Positions 52,184 through 62,900 of a stretch of DNA of 64,000 bases are shown piece by piece. The notes under the pieces were generated by a model, which was given only the letters and a program-made list of their open reading frames with translations, searched no databases and had not been told where the DNA came from. Numbering within the stretch: the first letter of the stretch is position 1; each line of letters opens with the position of its first letter. Source of the DNA: Mycobacteriales bacterium (lineage in GTDB: Bacteria; Actinomycetota; Actinomycetes; Mycobacteriales; CADCTP01); contig JBBWZH010000045.1 in the NCBI GenBank assembly GCA_039648995.1, positions 2,821 to 66,820 of the forward strand, written 5' to 3'. A program made the translations under genes and the position numbers.

Positions 52184-53530
52184 TCAGAGGAAGAATTGGC
52201 GGTGTGAGTCGATCAGCCGGCGCAGCCAGGTGCCGGTGTCTTCGATCATGCCGTCGCGGTCCGCGCCGAGTTCCACGTGGGTGGCGATCGAGACGTAGCT
52301 GATCGCCTGGTTGAGCGCGGCCAGCGGCTCGGCGAGCTGCCATGCCGCCAGCAGTCGCGCGCGTGGCGCGAACGACGCCCACTCCGCGAGGTAGACGTCG
52401 CGCAGGCGCTCCCGGGTGGCCGGGTCGTCGTCGAAGAAGATCACGATCATGTCGACGAAGGGGTGCGTGACGCAGGCGTCGCTCCAGTCGAAGAACCGGT
52501 AACCGGCCCCGTCGCGGGCGACGTTGCCCAGGTGCATGTCGCCATGGCCGAGCGTGTACGGCACCGGGTGGCCGGTCAGCGCCGCACAGGCCGACGCCAG
52601 GTCCGCCCCGGCGGCTGTCAGCTCGGCGACCTCGTCGGCGGACAGCCACCGCGACAGGTCGATCGTGGCCGGCCACTCGGTAGCCTGCCGGGCCAGCCAC
52701 CGCGGCGTACGGTCCAGGCACCCGGCGGCCAGCAACCGGTCGACGGAGCCGATGGACCGGATCTGCAGGCCGGCGAAGGCGCGGAGCACCTCCTCCCGAA
52801 CCTCGACCGGCGCCTGCCAGCCGATCTCCGGGCCGAGGTCGGGCAGCAGCATCCAGCGACGTTGTCCGTCGACCGCCAGCGGCGCGGGGATGTCGTCCGG
52901 GAACAGCTCGGACAGCGCCGCCATCACCCGGCCCTCGTTGACGAACAGCGGTAACTGCGTCGTGGCCTTGAAGTACACGTCTCCGCCGTCGGTGGCCGCA
53001 CGCAGCACGCAGGACAGCTCGGCCACCCGCGCCTGCTCCACCCGGCCACGCACCGGGCGGCCGAGCGCGGCGAGCGACGTGACCATCCACTGCTCCGCGG
53101 TGCCGAGCCAGGCGCGGGCCCGCCACGGAACCCGCCCGGCCGGGACGCGACCGCCGGCGAGCTCACCGAGGACCGGCGCGAGGCCGACCACGCCCGCCGC
53201 CTCCGCCGCGCCCACCCACCGGGCGTGACCCGGGATCGCGGGGCTCCCCTCCCGCGCGGCGAACACGACCGCCGCGTGCCGGATCAGCCCGGCATCGTCA
53301 ACCCGCGTTTCCGCCGTTCGCAGCAACGCCACCTCGACGCCCACCGCGTCGCGCACGCCCTGGACGAACTGCTCCGGCCGGCCCGCCCACGCGCGGCCCG
53401 GCAGCTCGAACTCCGGCAGCGCCGGACCGCCCGGAGCCCGCAGAACCAGCGCCTCGGGCCGGCTCGGGTGCAGCACGATCGCCCGCACCCGGGTACGCCA
53501 GGACGCGGTGTCAGCCGTCGACTCGCTCAC
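52184..53530 (-). CDS. Phosphotransferase (APH/choline-kinase-like) family protein
   Basis: 448 aa with the catalytic region LGHGDMHLGNV and FFDWSDA. Confidence 0.75.
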   Translation of the reverse strand: MSESTADTASWRTRVRAIVLHPSRPEALVLRAPGGPALPEFELPGRAWAGRPEQFVQGVRDAVGVEVALLRTAETRVDDAGLIRHAAVVFAAREGSPAIPGHARWVGAAEAAGVVGLAPVLGELAGGRVPAGRVPWRARAWLGTAEQWMVTSLAALGRPVRGRVEQARVAELSCVLRAATDGGDVYFKATTQLPLFVNEGRVMAALSELFPDDIPAPLAVDGQRRWMLLPDLGPEIGWQAPVEVREEVLRAFAGLQIRSIGSVDRLLAAGCLDRTPRWLARQATEWPATIDLSRWLSADEVAELTAAGADLASACAALTGHPVPYTLGHGDMHLGNVARDGAGYRFFDWSDACVTHPFVDMIVIFFDDDPATRERLRDVYLAEWASFAPRARLLAAWQLAEPLAALNQAISYVSIATHVELGADRDGMIEDTGTWLRRLIDSHRQFFL

Positions 53531-53840
53531 CGGCGGAGCCTAGAAGCGCGCGGCCGGCCCGGCACCTGAGTTTCCCCGGCGAGGCGGCGTCGGCCAGCTG
53601 CCGTCACCGCGCCACCCCGTCGGGACGGTAGGCGCCGGGACAGGAAACCGGCGCCGACCGTCCGGTCACGGCCCCGGCGGCCGGGTCGACGAGCACGCCG
53701 ACGTGGTCGTTGAGCCACACGTCGGCGACCGGCCGGTCGCCGACGAGCCGCGAGGTGGGCGTGCGCGGAGCCGACGAGGACGTCGTCGATGCGACGCCGG
53801 TGCCCGGGTCCGGCCGACGAGCCGGCGCTCACCGGCGCCG

Positions 53841-54842
53841 ATGATCGAGACGTCGGGGTGCCAGACTGTGCGGGTGGCTTGGCAGGACACGCCGTTCAGC
53901 CGGCTGGTCGGGGTGCGGTTTCCGATCGTGGGTGCGCCGATGGCCGGCGGCCCGTCGACGCCGCGGCTGGCCGCGGCCGTCTCGGCGGCCGGCGGGCTGG
54001 GTTCGGTGGCCGGGGCGATGCTCGGCCCGGACCAGCTGCGCGACGCGATCCGGGAGACGCGGTCGCTGACCGACCGGCCGTTCGCGGTCAACCTGTTCGC
54101 GCCGCTGCCGGCGCCGAGCGGTGAGCGGGTGGCCGACTGGGCCGCGTTGACCGGGGTGCCCGTACCCGGGCCGACGCCGCGGCCACGGTTCACCGACCAG
54201 CTTGCCGTGGTGGTCGACGAACGGGTGCCGGTGTTCAGCTTCACCTTCGGTGTCCCCGACCTCGTCGGGCTGGACGCGGTCACGATCGGCACGGCCACCA
54301 CCGTCGCCGAGGCTGTCGAACTGCAGCGCGCCGGCGTGCGGGCCATCGTCGCCCAGGGCTTCGACGCCGGCGGCCACCGCGGCACCTTCCTCGCCCCGGT
54401 AGCCGAGTCGCTGGTCGGCACGTTCAGCCTCGTCCCGCAGATCGTCGACGCGGTGTCCGTACCCGTGCTCGGCTCCGGCGGGATCATGGACGGCCGCGGC
54501 ATCGCGGCCGCCCTCACCCTCGGCGCGGCCGGGGTCCAGCTGGGTACGGCGCTGCTGCGCTGCCCCGAGGCCGGCACCGCCCCCGCACACCGGCAGGCAC
54601 TGGATCGGCCCACCACCATCACCGACGTCCTCACCGGCCGCCCGGCCCGGGCCGTACGCACACCGCTGGTCGACCGCCTGGAGGCCTCGGGACTGCGGCC
54701 GCCGGACTACCCGCTGCCGCGCTACCTCTCCCCCGAACCACCCATGCTCGCCGGCCAGGCGGCCCGACTCGCCCGGTCGCTGCCGGCCGCCGACCTCATC
54801 CACGCCCTGGTCGACGAGGTCGAGGCCGCACGCCGCGCCTAG
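53841..54842 (+). CDS. Nitronate monooxygenase (NMO / 2-nitropropane dioxygenase family)
   Basis: PIVGAPMAGG, AQGFDAGGHRG and GSGGIMDGRGIAAALTLGAAGVQLGT. The start is either the ATG at 53841 or the GTG at 53874. Confidence 0.8.
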   Translation: MIETSGCQTVRVAWQDTPFSRLVGVRFPIVGAPMAGGPSTPRLAAAVSAAGGLGSVAGAMLGPDQLRDAIRETRSLTDRPFAVNLFAPLPAPSGERVADWAALTGVPVPGPTPRPRFTDQLAVVVDERVPVFSFTFGVPDLVGLDAVTIGTATTVAEAVELQRAGVRAIVAQGFDAGGHRGTFLAPVAESLVGTFSLVPQIVDAVSVPVLGSGGIMDGRGIAAALTLGAAGVQLGTALLRCPEAGTAPAHRQALDRPTTITDVLTGRPARAVRTPLVDRLEASGLRPPDYPLPRYLSPEPPMLAGQAARLARSLPAADLIHALVDEVEAARRA

Positions 54843-55048
54843 CGCACGAACCGGCCGTCCGGCAGGGCGGAGCGCTGGACAGCAGGCGGCGTCGACGGGT
54901 CTTCAGGCGACGTCGACGCCGGCGGCCGGCCGCGGCTCGCCACCCCGGTCAGGGCGCCGCCGGCCGGCCAGTCGGTTCGACCCGATGGGTGGGCAGCGTC
55001 CCGGCAGGCACGCTCAACGCACCGACGCGGCGAGTTATCGCATGGCGG

Positions 55049-55082
55049 TTGACACAGGTCATCTACTCAATGATTCTTGAGT
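55049..55082 (+). promoter_or_regulatory. ars promoter/operator candidate
   Basis: TTGACA at 55049-55054, followed by the inverted repeat ACTCAA (55065-55070) - 6 nt - TTGAGT (55077-55082). This sits in a locally AT-rich patch that overlaps the first possible start codon of the ArsR-like gene. Confidence 0.4.
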
Positions 55083-55831
55083 CAATGGACGTTGACTGGG
55101 ACGGTGTGCGGGGCCGGGCGGCGGTGCACGCGGCGCTGGCCGAGCCGGCGCGGCTGGCCGTGGTCGAGCAGCTGACCCTGGGTGACCGCTCACCGGGCGA
55201 GTTGGGCGAGGCGTTGGGCCTCCCGTCGAACCTGCTCGCGCACCACCTGCGGGTGCTGGCCGACGCGGGGGTGGTGGCGCGGTCGCGGTCGGAGGCCGAC
55301 CGGCGCCGCACCTACCTGCGCCTGCTGCCGGCCGCGCTGGCGGGCCTGCTACCGGCAGCCGGGGTGGCGACGGCGCCGCGGGTGGTGTTCGTGTGCACGC
55401 ACAACTCGGCCCGTTCGCAGTTGGCGGCGGCGGTCTGGGCGCGCCGCAGCCGGGTGGCGGTCGCCTCGGCCGGCACCCAGCCTGCCGCGCGGGTGCATCG
55501 CGGGGCGGCGGCGGTGGCCCGCCGGCACGGCCTGGCCCTGGCCGGGGCGCGGACCGCGCACGTGCGGGACGTGGCCGAACCCGACGATCTGATGGTCGCG
55601 GTCTGCGACCGGGCGTATGAGGAACTCAGCGACCGTCCCGGCCGGCTGCACTGGTCGGTGCCCGACCCGGTGCCCGCCGGGTCGGCGGCCGCGTTCGAGC
55701 AGGCATTCCAGGACATCGAGGCGCGCGTCGAGCGGCTGGCCGGCGCGCTCGTCCCGGACCCACGCGGCAGGCACCGAGGTACCGGCGACCCGGGGGTCGG
55801 GGCACGCACCGGGGACGGGAGTCGGCGGTGA
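55070..55831 (+). CDS. arsR: ArsR-family HTH fused to an LMW-PTP-type arsenate-reductase-like domain
   Basis: ArsR HTH: LAVVEQLTLGDRSPGELGEALGLPSNLLAHHLRVLADAGVV. The C-terminal domain has VFVCTHNSARSQ (CX5R). Start is the ATG at 55070 or at 55085. Confidence 0.75.
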   Translation: MILESMDVDWDGVRGRAAVHAALAEPARLAVVEQLTLGDRSPGELGEALGLPSNLLAHHLRVLADAGVVARSRSEADRRRTYLRLLPAALAGLLPAAGVATAPRVVFVCTHNSARSQLAAAVWARRSRVAVASAGTQPAARVHRGAAAVARRHGLALAGARTAHVRDVAEPDDLMVAVCDRAYEELSDRPGRLHWSVPDPVPAGSAAAFEQAFQDIEARVERLAGALVPDPRGRHRGTGDPGVGARTGDGSRR

Positions 55832-56277
55832 CAGGAACATACGAGCGCGACGACCTGGACCTGGACGACGGCAAGCCGGTGGTGCTGTTCCTGTGCGTGC
55901 ACAACGCCGGGCGCAGCCAGATGGCGATGGGCTTCTTCACCCACCTGGCCGGCGACGGCGCGGTGGCGTGGTCGGGCGGGTCGGAGCCGGCCTCGACGGT
56001 CAACCCGGCCGCGGTGGCCGCGATGCGCGAGGTCGGTATCGACATCTCCGCCGAGTTCCCCAAGCCGTGGACCGACGAGATCGTCCGCGCCGCCGACGTC
56101 GTCGTGACGATGGGCTGCGGCGACGCCTGCCCGGTCTTCCCCGGCAAGCGCTACGAAGACTGGGTCCTGGACGACCCGGCCGGCCTGGGCGTCGAGTCGG
56201 TCCGGCCGATCCGCGACCAGATCGAGGCCCGGGTCCGCGGCCTGCTCGCCCAACTGGACGTGCCCGTCACGGCGTGA
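55828..56277 (+). CDS. arsC: Arsenate reductase, LMW-PTP family
   Basis: 149 aa with LFLCVHNAGRSQM (CX5R) and TMGCGDACP. GTGA overlap with the upstream stop. Confidence 0.85.
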   Translation: MTGTYERDDLDLDDGKPVVLFLCVHNAGRSQMAMGFFTHLAGDGAVAWSGGSEPASTVNPAAVAAMREVGIDISAEFPKPWTDEIVRAADVVVTMGCGDACPVFPGKRYEDWVLDDPAGLGVESVRPIRDQIEARVRGLLAQLDVPVTA

Positions 56278-56423
56278 GGCCGGATCGGCGCCACCGCGGC
56301 CGCCGCCCCGCGCCGGTGGACGGCTGCGCGTGCACCCGCCCCTGGGCACGGCCCGGGAGGCCGCCCGGCAGCGGCCGCACCGTCGCCGCCCGCCCCCACC
56401 CACGCTCCCCACCGGAGGAAGCC

Positions 56424-57209
56424 ATGAGCGCCACGCAGGCCCCCCTCATCCGACGGCTGGCCGCCGAGGCGCTCGGCACCGGGCTGCTCGCCACCGCCGT
56501 CGTCGGCTCCGGCATCGCCGCCGCCCGCCTGTCGCCCACCGACGTCGGCCTGCAGCTGTTCGAGAACGCCGCCGCGACCGCCGCCGCCCTGGCCGTCATC
56601 ATCCTGCTCGTCGGCCCCGTCTCCGGCGCCCACCTCAACCCCCTGGTCAGCCTCGCCGACTGGTGGCTCGGCCGCCGCGACCACACCGGCCTCGACCTCG
56701 CCCACGTCGGCCCCTACGCCGCCGCGCAGACCATCGGCGGCATCGCCGGCAGCATCGTGGCCGACCTCATGTACGACCTGACACCGGTCGCCTGGTCACA
56801 CACCAACCGGTCGGCCGGCCACCTCTGGCTGTCCGAAGTCGTCGCCACCGCCGGCCTCATCGCCACCATCTTCGCCCTCGCCCGCAGCGGGCGCGCCGCC
56901 CTGTCCGCCGCCACCATCGGCGCTTACATCGGCGCGGCCTACTTCTTCACCGCCTCCACCTCTTTCGCCAACCCCGCCATCACCATCGCCCGCGCCTTCA
57001 CCGACACCTTCGCCGGCATCGCCCCCGCGTCCGTCCCCGCCTACCTCCTCGCCCAGACCGTCGGTGCCGCACTCGGCCTGGCCACCGTCCGCCTGCTCTA
57101 CCCCGACCTGCCCCGGACCGCACCCGCCCCGGCGGTCGTCCCACACGACGCCACCCGACCCGACCCGACGGCACGGTCCGGCCGGGCGCAGGGCCGCCTC
57201 CCGCACTAA
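56424..57209 (+). CDS. MIP-family channel (aquaglyceroporin-like), probable arsenite channel
   Basis: ATG at 56424 behind GGAGGAAG. 261 aa with GAHLNPLVS (NPA variant) and SFANPAITIAR. Six hydrophobic segments. Confidence 0.8.
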   Translation: MSATQAPLIRRLAAEALGTGLLATAVVGSGIAAARLSPTDVGLQLFENAAATAAALAVIILLVGPVSGAHLNPLVSLADWWLGRRDHTGLDLAHVGPYAAAQTIGGIAGSIVADLMYDLTPVAWSHTNRSAGHLWLSEVVATAGLIATIFALARSGRAALSAATIGAYIGAAYFFTASTSFANPAITIARAFTDTFAGIAPASVPAYLLAQTVGAALGLATVRLLYPDLPRTAPAPAVVPHDATRPDPTARSGRAQGRLPH

Positions 57210-57327
57210 CCGCCGCCCGGGCCGGCGGGCGGGCGATGCGGTCCTGCGGCTAAACGGGCTAACACGGTGCGGTCCGTGCGATTTGGCAGGCGCGCCCTGG
57301 GTATAGGCCCGTTGGGCGAAGGAGGCG

Positions 57328-57843
57328 ATGAGCATGGCGATGGGCTGGAAGGACTGGCTCACCGGTTGTTCGGTAGCGCTGACCGCCGGTATCCTCGCCG
57401 GCACCCTGCATACGGCGCTCGGGCACCCGGCCGCGCCGGCCCCGGTGGCACCGGCCTCGGGCGACGCGGTACTGCCGGCTCCAGAGGACGACGCCCAGCT
57501 GACGCGGCCCAAGGCCGGCACAGTGCACAGCGACCGGCAGGCCGCCGCCGGGGCGCCGTCCGATCAGGACCAACCGGCGCCCGCGGCCAGGCGGGCCGGC
57601 CAACCGGCAGTCCCGGCCGGGGCAGCGGCCCCGCCGAAGCCCGGCGTCGCCCGGGGCGCCGCCCCGCGGTCGGACGAGCCGGCCGCGCCCAGCACCCAGC
57701 CGACGCCGACGGCGCCGACAGACTCCGCGACGCCGACCGACCCGACCCCGTCCGACGAGCCGCCCGACCCGACGCCCACCGCGGCGCCGACCGACCCCGG
57801 TGGCGGCGCCGACCCGGGCCAGCCCACCGACCCGGTGGCCTAG
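57328..57843 (+). CDS. Membrane-anchored or secreted Pro/Thr/Ala-rich protein
   Basis: GAAGGAGG RBS. N-terminal hydrophobic anchor WLTGCSVALTAGILAGTL. High GC3. The remainder is low-complexity. Confidence 0.5.
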   Translation: MSMAMGWKDWLTGCSVALTAGILAGTLHTALGHPAAPAPVAPASGDAVLPAPEDDAQLTRPKAGTVHSDRQAAAGAPSDQDQPAPAARRAGQPAVPAGAAAPPKPGVARGAAPRSDEPAAPSTQPTPTAPTDSATPTDPTPSDEPPDPTPTAAPTDPGGGADPGQPTDPVA

Positions 57844-57932
57844 CCGGCGCGGTCCGGGGTACCGGGTGACCGGCCCAGGGGCCGGTGCGGCCCGGGCGGC
57901 GCTGTCGCCGGCGCTCGTGCGATCGTGGCGGG

Positions 57933-58454
57933 ATGACGCGCTGGACCGCGCCCGCGGTCACCCGGGTGGCTGGCTTAGGTCTCGCCGCGGAGCCGGAACT
58001 GCTACCCGGGCTGCTCGACTGGCATCGCTCGACGCTGCTGCTCAAGTGCGCCGGGTTGTCCGGCGACCAGCTGGCGCAGGCGCCCATCGCGGCGTCCAAC
58101 CTCACCCTGCTCGGCCTGATCCGGCACCTGGCCAAGGTCGAACGCACCTGGTTCCGGCGCGTGGTCGGTGGCGAGCGGATCGACCCGCTCTACTCGACGC
58201 CGCAACGGCCGGACGCCGACTTCGAAGACGTCGATCCCGGCCGCGCCGAGGCCGACTACGCCCGGTTGCTCGACGAGCAGGAGGCCGCCCGGCGCACCCT
58301 GGCCGGCATGCCGCTCGACACCCCGATCACCCTCCCCGACGGCGACAAGTTCTCGCTGCGCCTCGTCGTCATCCACATGATCGGTGAGTACGCCCGGCAC
58401 AACGGGCACGCCGACCTGATCCGGCAATGCGTGGACGGCGTCACCGGCGCGTGA
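57933..58454 (+). CDS. DinB/DUF664-family protein
   Basis: 173 aa from the ATG at 57933. Four-helix-bundle family hallmarks LIRHLAKVERTWF and HMIGEYARHNGHADLIRQ. Confidence 0.75.
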   Translation: MTRWTAPAVTRVAGLGLAAEPELLPGLLDWHRSTLLLKCAGLSGDQLAQAPIAASNLTLLGLIRHLAKVERTWFRRVVGGERIDPLYSTPQRPDADFEDVDPGRAEADYARLLDEQEAARRTLAGMPLDTPITLPDGDKFSLRLVVIHMIGEYARHNGHADLIRQCVDGVTGA

Positions 58455-58488
58455 GCCCAGTCCGGCGCGGGTGTGACCCGAGGATCCG

Positions 58489-59526
58489 TTACCAGCGGCC
58501 GTCCGGGGGCAGGCCGAAGTGGACGGTGACCCGCCGGAGCGTCCCGGCGGGGTCGTCGCCGCCCGGTTCGGCGGGTGTGGGCGGGGCACCGGGGAGGCGG
58601 CACCAGCAGGACGGGCGGTCGACGGGGCCGCAGAGGAGGACGTGCGGGGCGGGCGCCGTGCGGGCGTGCGCCAGGCCACGCTCGGCCACTCCTTCCGGGC
58701 CGACGAGCAGTCCGTACGGCACCGGCTGGCCGGTGTACCGGGCCTCGACGGTGCAGTCGGCGCGGCCCGCCAACAGACCGACCAGCATGGTCCGGACGGT
58801 CGGCTCCGGGCGGCTGGCGAGGTGCTCGGCCAGGCGGTCCAGCCGGTCGTAGTCCGGCACCTCGCGGCAGCCGACGGCGAGGCTGAGCCGCTCCACCACG
58901 CCAGCGGGCCGGCGGGATACGGCGAGGGTGCCGACCGCGGGTGTTTCCGCGCTCCCGCCGACGACCACGAGCGCGGCGGGCTCCGGCGCCAGTCGGCGGC
59001 AGTGGTCGGTGAGCTGGCGCTGGTTCCAGTGCTCGGAGGCCGGTTCGGCAACCCCCCATCCTGCCGGCGGGCGGCCGGTCAGCGCGTCCATGCAGTCGGC
59101 CACGACGCCGCCGAGTTCGGTCTGCCCGGTGGCGGCGTGCAGTACCACCAACCGCAGCCGGATAGTCCCGCCGCTGACCTCGGCGGGCGGGGCGAACCCG
59201 GGGGCGGGCGTCGCGTCGCCGGTGGGTTCGAACGCCGAGCCGGACCAGTGCAGCCGCTCGCCGCGCAGGCCGTCGTAGTACCCGCCGGCGGCGTCGCGCA
59301 CCACCCAGCGCCCGCCGACTGCCAGCAGGGTGGCTTCCAGCGGCGTGGTCAGCCGGCTGGTGGGCGGCGTGACGACCTGGATGAGCTTCGACTCGCCCGT
59401 GGCGGCCGCGATCGCGTCGGCCAGCCAGCGGCTCAGCGGCACGATCCGGCGTTCCTGCAGGACGACGGCCGCCGCGTCGGTGAGCACGTCCACGGCGGGA
59501 TGGCGCAGCGCGGCCGGCCCGGTCAT
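58489..59526 (-). CDS. Hypothetical protein (345 aa), last gene of the eccC operon
   Basis: ORF 58489..59718 trimmed to the ATG at 59526 (ATGA overlap with the upstream stop). No motif recognised. Confidence 0.5.
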   Translation of the reverse strand: MTGPAALRHPAVDVLTDAAAVVLQERRIVPLSRWLADAIAAATGESKLIQVVTPPTSRLTTPLEATLLAVGGRWVVRDAAGGYYDGLRGERLHWSGSAFEPTGDATPAPGFAPPAEVSGGTIRLRLVVLHAATGQTELGGVVADCMDALTGRPPAGWGVAEPASEHWNQRQLTDHCRRLAPEPAALVVVGGSAETPAVGTLAVSRRPAGVVERLSLAVGCREVPDYDRLDRLAEHLASRPEPTVRTMLVGLLAGRADCTVEARYTGQPVPYGLLVGPEGVAERGLAHARTAPAPHVLLCGPVDRPSCWCRLPGAPPTPAEPGGDDPAGTLRRVTVHFGLPPDGRW

Positions 59527-59954
59527 CCGGGGCTCCCGTGGGCGGCCGGGCCGACCGCGGGACGGCGCAGCGCGGCCGGCGCGCTCACCCCGGGGCTCCC
59601 GTGCTCCGTCGGTGCCGGCCAGACGATCCCGTCCAGGTGGCCGGCGAGCGCCTCGGCGAAGCGGTAGGCGATCGGCACCGCCTCGGGGCGGCTGCTGGCG
59701 GCCCGTGTCTCGACCCACCAGACCGGTTCGGTGCCGGCCGCCGGCCCGAGCAGCCGCCGGACCTCGCCCTGGGTCCGCACCAGCAGCGGCGCTTCGACGG
59801 CCAGCAGCGGCCGGTCGTGCTCGTCCAGCAGGTGCAGGACGGTCCCGGACGGGTGCGGGACGGTCCGCAGGTCAGGGCCGGCGGCCAGCAGCGCGGCGAG
59901 CAGGTCGGGCAGTTCTGGGCGCTGCCGGCAGAGCGCGATCACGTCAACGGTCAT
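59523..59954 (-). CDS. Hypothetical protein (143 aa) coupled to eccC
   Basis: The ATG at 59954 overlaps the eccC stop (59944-59946) by 11 nt. Good GC3. Confidence 0.5.
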   Translation of the reverse strand: MTVDVIALCRQRPELPDLLAALLAAGPDLRTVPHPSGTVLHLLDEHDRPLLAVEAPLLVRTQGEVRRLLGPAAGTEPVWWVETRAASSRPEAVPIAYRFAEALAGHLDGIVWPAPTEHGSPGVSAPAALRRPAVGPAAHGSPG

Positions 59955-62900
59955 CGCCCGCCCCCGCGTAGGCGACCTGCGTGGTGCGCGCCGGCTCGCC
60001 CTGGCGTACCAGCCGCGCCCGACCCGGCGGCAGGATAACGGCCCGCACTCCAGGGAACAGCGGGCCCTCGGACCGGTCGCCGGACATCACCAGCCCCGCG
60101 GCTCCGGCCTCGCGCAGCGCGGCGGTGAACGGCTCGTACAACCCGCGGGACGCGCCCGCCACCTTGCGCGTCATCACCACGTGCAGGCCGATGTCCCGGG
60201 CGGCGGCAAGGTACGGGACGTAGCCGGCCAGCGGCTGGCTGCCCGACGCGGTCAGCACGTCGTAGTCGTCGATCACCACGACTACCCGAGGACTGGGCAC
60301 CGGGCCCGGCGGCGAGCTGTCCTCCGGGAGCCGCTCGACCAGCTTCCGCGTCACCCCCTCGGTCAGCGCCGCGGCCAGCGGTGCGTTGTGGGCGTACCCG
60401 CCCAGATACGGCTCGGGCACCGCGGCGCGCAGCCCGCGGCGCGGGTCGTACAGCGCGAACACCACATCGTCGTCCGGGTAGCGGCCGAGCAGTTGGCGCA
60501 GCACGACGCGCAGCAGGTTCGTCTTGCCGCAGCCGTTGTCGCCGAACACGAGCAGGTGCTGGTCCCGGCCGAAGAGGTCGAGCAGCGCCGGCGCGAGGTG
60601 CTGCTCGTCCAGGCCGATCGGGAAAGCGCTCAGGTGCTCGACGACGGGCAGCTCGGCGACCGGCAGCAGCACCGGCAGCACCCGCACCCGTGGCGCCGCG
60701 GGCCCGGTCCAGGCTCCCTGGACGGCCCGGACAGCCAGCGTCACGCCGTCGCCCAGGCTGCCGGTCTCGGGCAGGCCGTCGATGCGCGGCAGCGCGACCT
60801 GGCCGACGAGCGCCTGACCGGTCTGGCCGGCCAGCACCTGGCCCGGCCGGGTCAGCGTGCCGGCCAGCCGGCGGTCGACCACCGAGTCGGCGGGGTCCGA
60901 CAGTCGCAGCTCGAGCCGGGTGCCGAAGGACGCCTGCTGCGCCATCCGGATCTCGCTCCAGCGGCCGACGGCGGCCACCACATGGATCCCGTAGCCGCTG
61001 CCCCGACCCACGATCTCAGCGACCAGCGGCTCGATCTCCTCGAACTCCGCGCCGAGCTGGCCGTACCCGTCGATCACCAGGACCACGTCGGCGGCCGGCA
61101 GTTCGGGCACCTGCCCAGCGGCGTGCGCTGCTCGCAACCGGTCCACCGAGTCGATCTGGCGGCTGCGGAACACCCGCTCGCGGTGCGCCACCATCGCCCG
61201 CACCTCTTCGACGGTGCGCCGGACCCGCTCCGGGTCGGCGCGGCCGGCGACGCCGCCGACATGCGGCAGCCCCGCCATCGCCTGCGGCCCGCCGCCGACC
61301 AGATCGACCACGTAGCAGGTCAGCTCGGCGGGCGTGTGGGTCAGCGCGGCGCCGAGCATGAGCGTGCGCAGCAGCGTGGACTTGCCCGACTGGGGGCCGC
61401 CGATCACGGCGACGTGACCACCGGCCGCCGTCAGGTCCAGCTGCCAACTGCCCTGCCACTGCCGGGCCGGGTCGTCCAGCAGGCCGCACGGCACCCGCAG
61501 CTGACCGCCGGTACCGAGCCGCAGCCCCACCGGCCCGGCCCGGACCCCGCCGGCGCACGCGTCCAGCGTGACCGCGGCCGGCATCGGCGGCAGCCAGATC
61601 TGGGCGACCCGCGCGTCGGCGCCGGCGAGCTGGTCGGCGATCACCCGCAGCAGGGTCGGCAGGCTGGGAGCCCGCCGCGCCGGTGGTGTCGCGTCAGCCG
61701 CCCCGGCGACCGCCCCGCCGTACCGGGGCACCAGCCGGACGAGCTGATCGCCGTCCGTCGGCGCCTCCTCGGCCGCCACTGGCCGCGCCGGGCCGGACAC
61801 GTACGCGGCCTTGAAGCGCTGGTAGATCGTGGTGTCCACCTTCAGGTAGCCGAAGCCGGGCAGCGGCGGGAGGTGGAACGCGTCCGGGGTGTCCAGCACC
61901 GTCCGGCTCTCGGACTCGGAGAACGTGCGCAGGCCCAGCCGGTAGGACAGGTACGTCTCCAGGCCCTTGAGCTTGCCGCTTTCGATCCGCTGGCTGGACA
62001 GCAGCAGGTGCACGCCGATGCTGCGGCCGATCCGTCCGATGGACAGGAACAGCTCGATGAAGTCGGGCTTCGCGGTGAGCAGCTCACCGAACTCGTCGAT
62101 GATCACGAGCAGGTGCGGCATCGGTGGCAGCGGCCGCTCGCCGCGTGCCACCCGCTCGGCGCGCAACTGCCGGTAGTCGGTGATGTGGCCGATGTCGCCG
62201 GCGTCGGCCAGCTGCTGCTGCCGGCGGCGGACCTCGCCGGCGAGGCTGGAGTGGACCCGCTCGACCAGGCCGGCGTCCCCTTCCAGGTTCGTGATCACGC
62301 CGGCGACGTGCGGCGACCCGTCGAACGGGGCGAACGTCGCGCCGCCCTTGTAGTCGACCAGGACCATGCTCAGCTCGTCCGGCGGGTGGGTCGTCAGCAG
62401 CGCCAGGACGAGCGTGCGCAGCAACTCGCTCTTGCCCGACCCGGTCGCGCCGACGCACAGCCCGTGCGGGCCCATCCCCAACTGCGCGGGCTCCTTCAGG
62501 TCGAGCAGGACCGGGCGGCCGGTCTCGTCGACCCCGACCGGCACCCGCAGCAGGCTCTGCTCCCCACGGTCGCCGCGCACCAGGCCGAGGTCGAGCCGCT
62601 CGGGGTCGGGCAGACCGAGCAGCGCGGCGAGGTCCGCGGGTGCCGTGCCCGAGCCGTCGTCGCGGGACTCCGGGGACAGCCGCAGCGGGGCGAGCATCCG
62701 GCCGACGCCCTCGGCGAGCGCGACCGGTGCCTCGTCGAGGTCACCGGCCGCCTCCCGCTCGGCCCACAGGTCCTCGATCCGGACGGTGCCGGCGGCGCTG
62801 TCGACCAGCACCCGCACCGAGACGTCGTCGGGCTCTTGCAGCCGGTCGGCGACCAGGTGCACAACGGTGACGCCCAGGGTCGGCAGCGTCGCGGCCCGGT

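Noticed and set aside
57359-58147. 262-aa minus-strand ORF overlapping the Pro-rich protein and DinB genes
   Set aside because: It is antisense to two better-supported genes (RBS, high GC3, DinB motifs). Its translation is Arg/Pro-rich low complexity.
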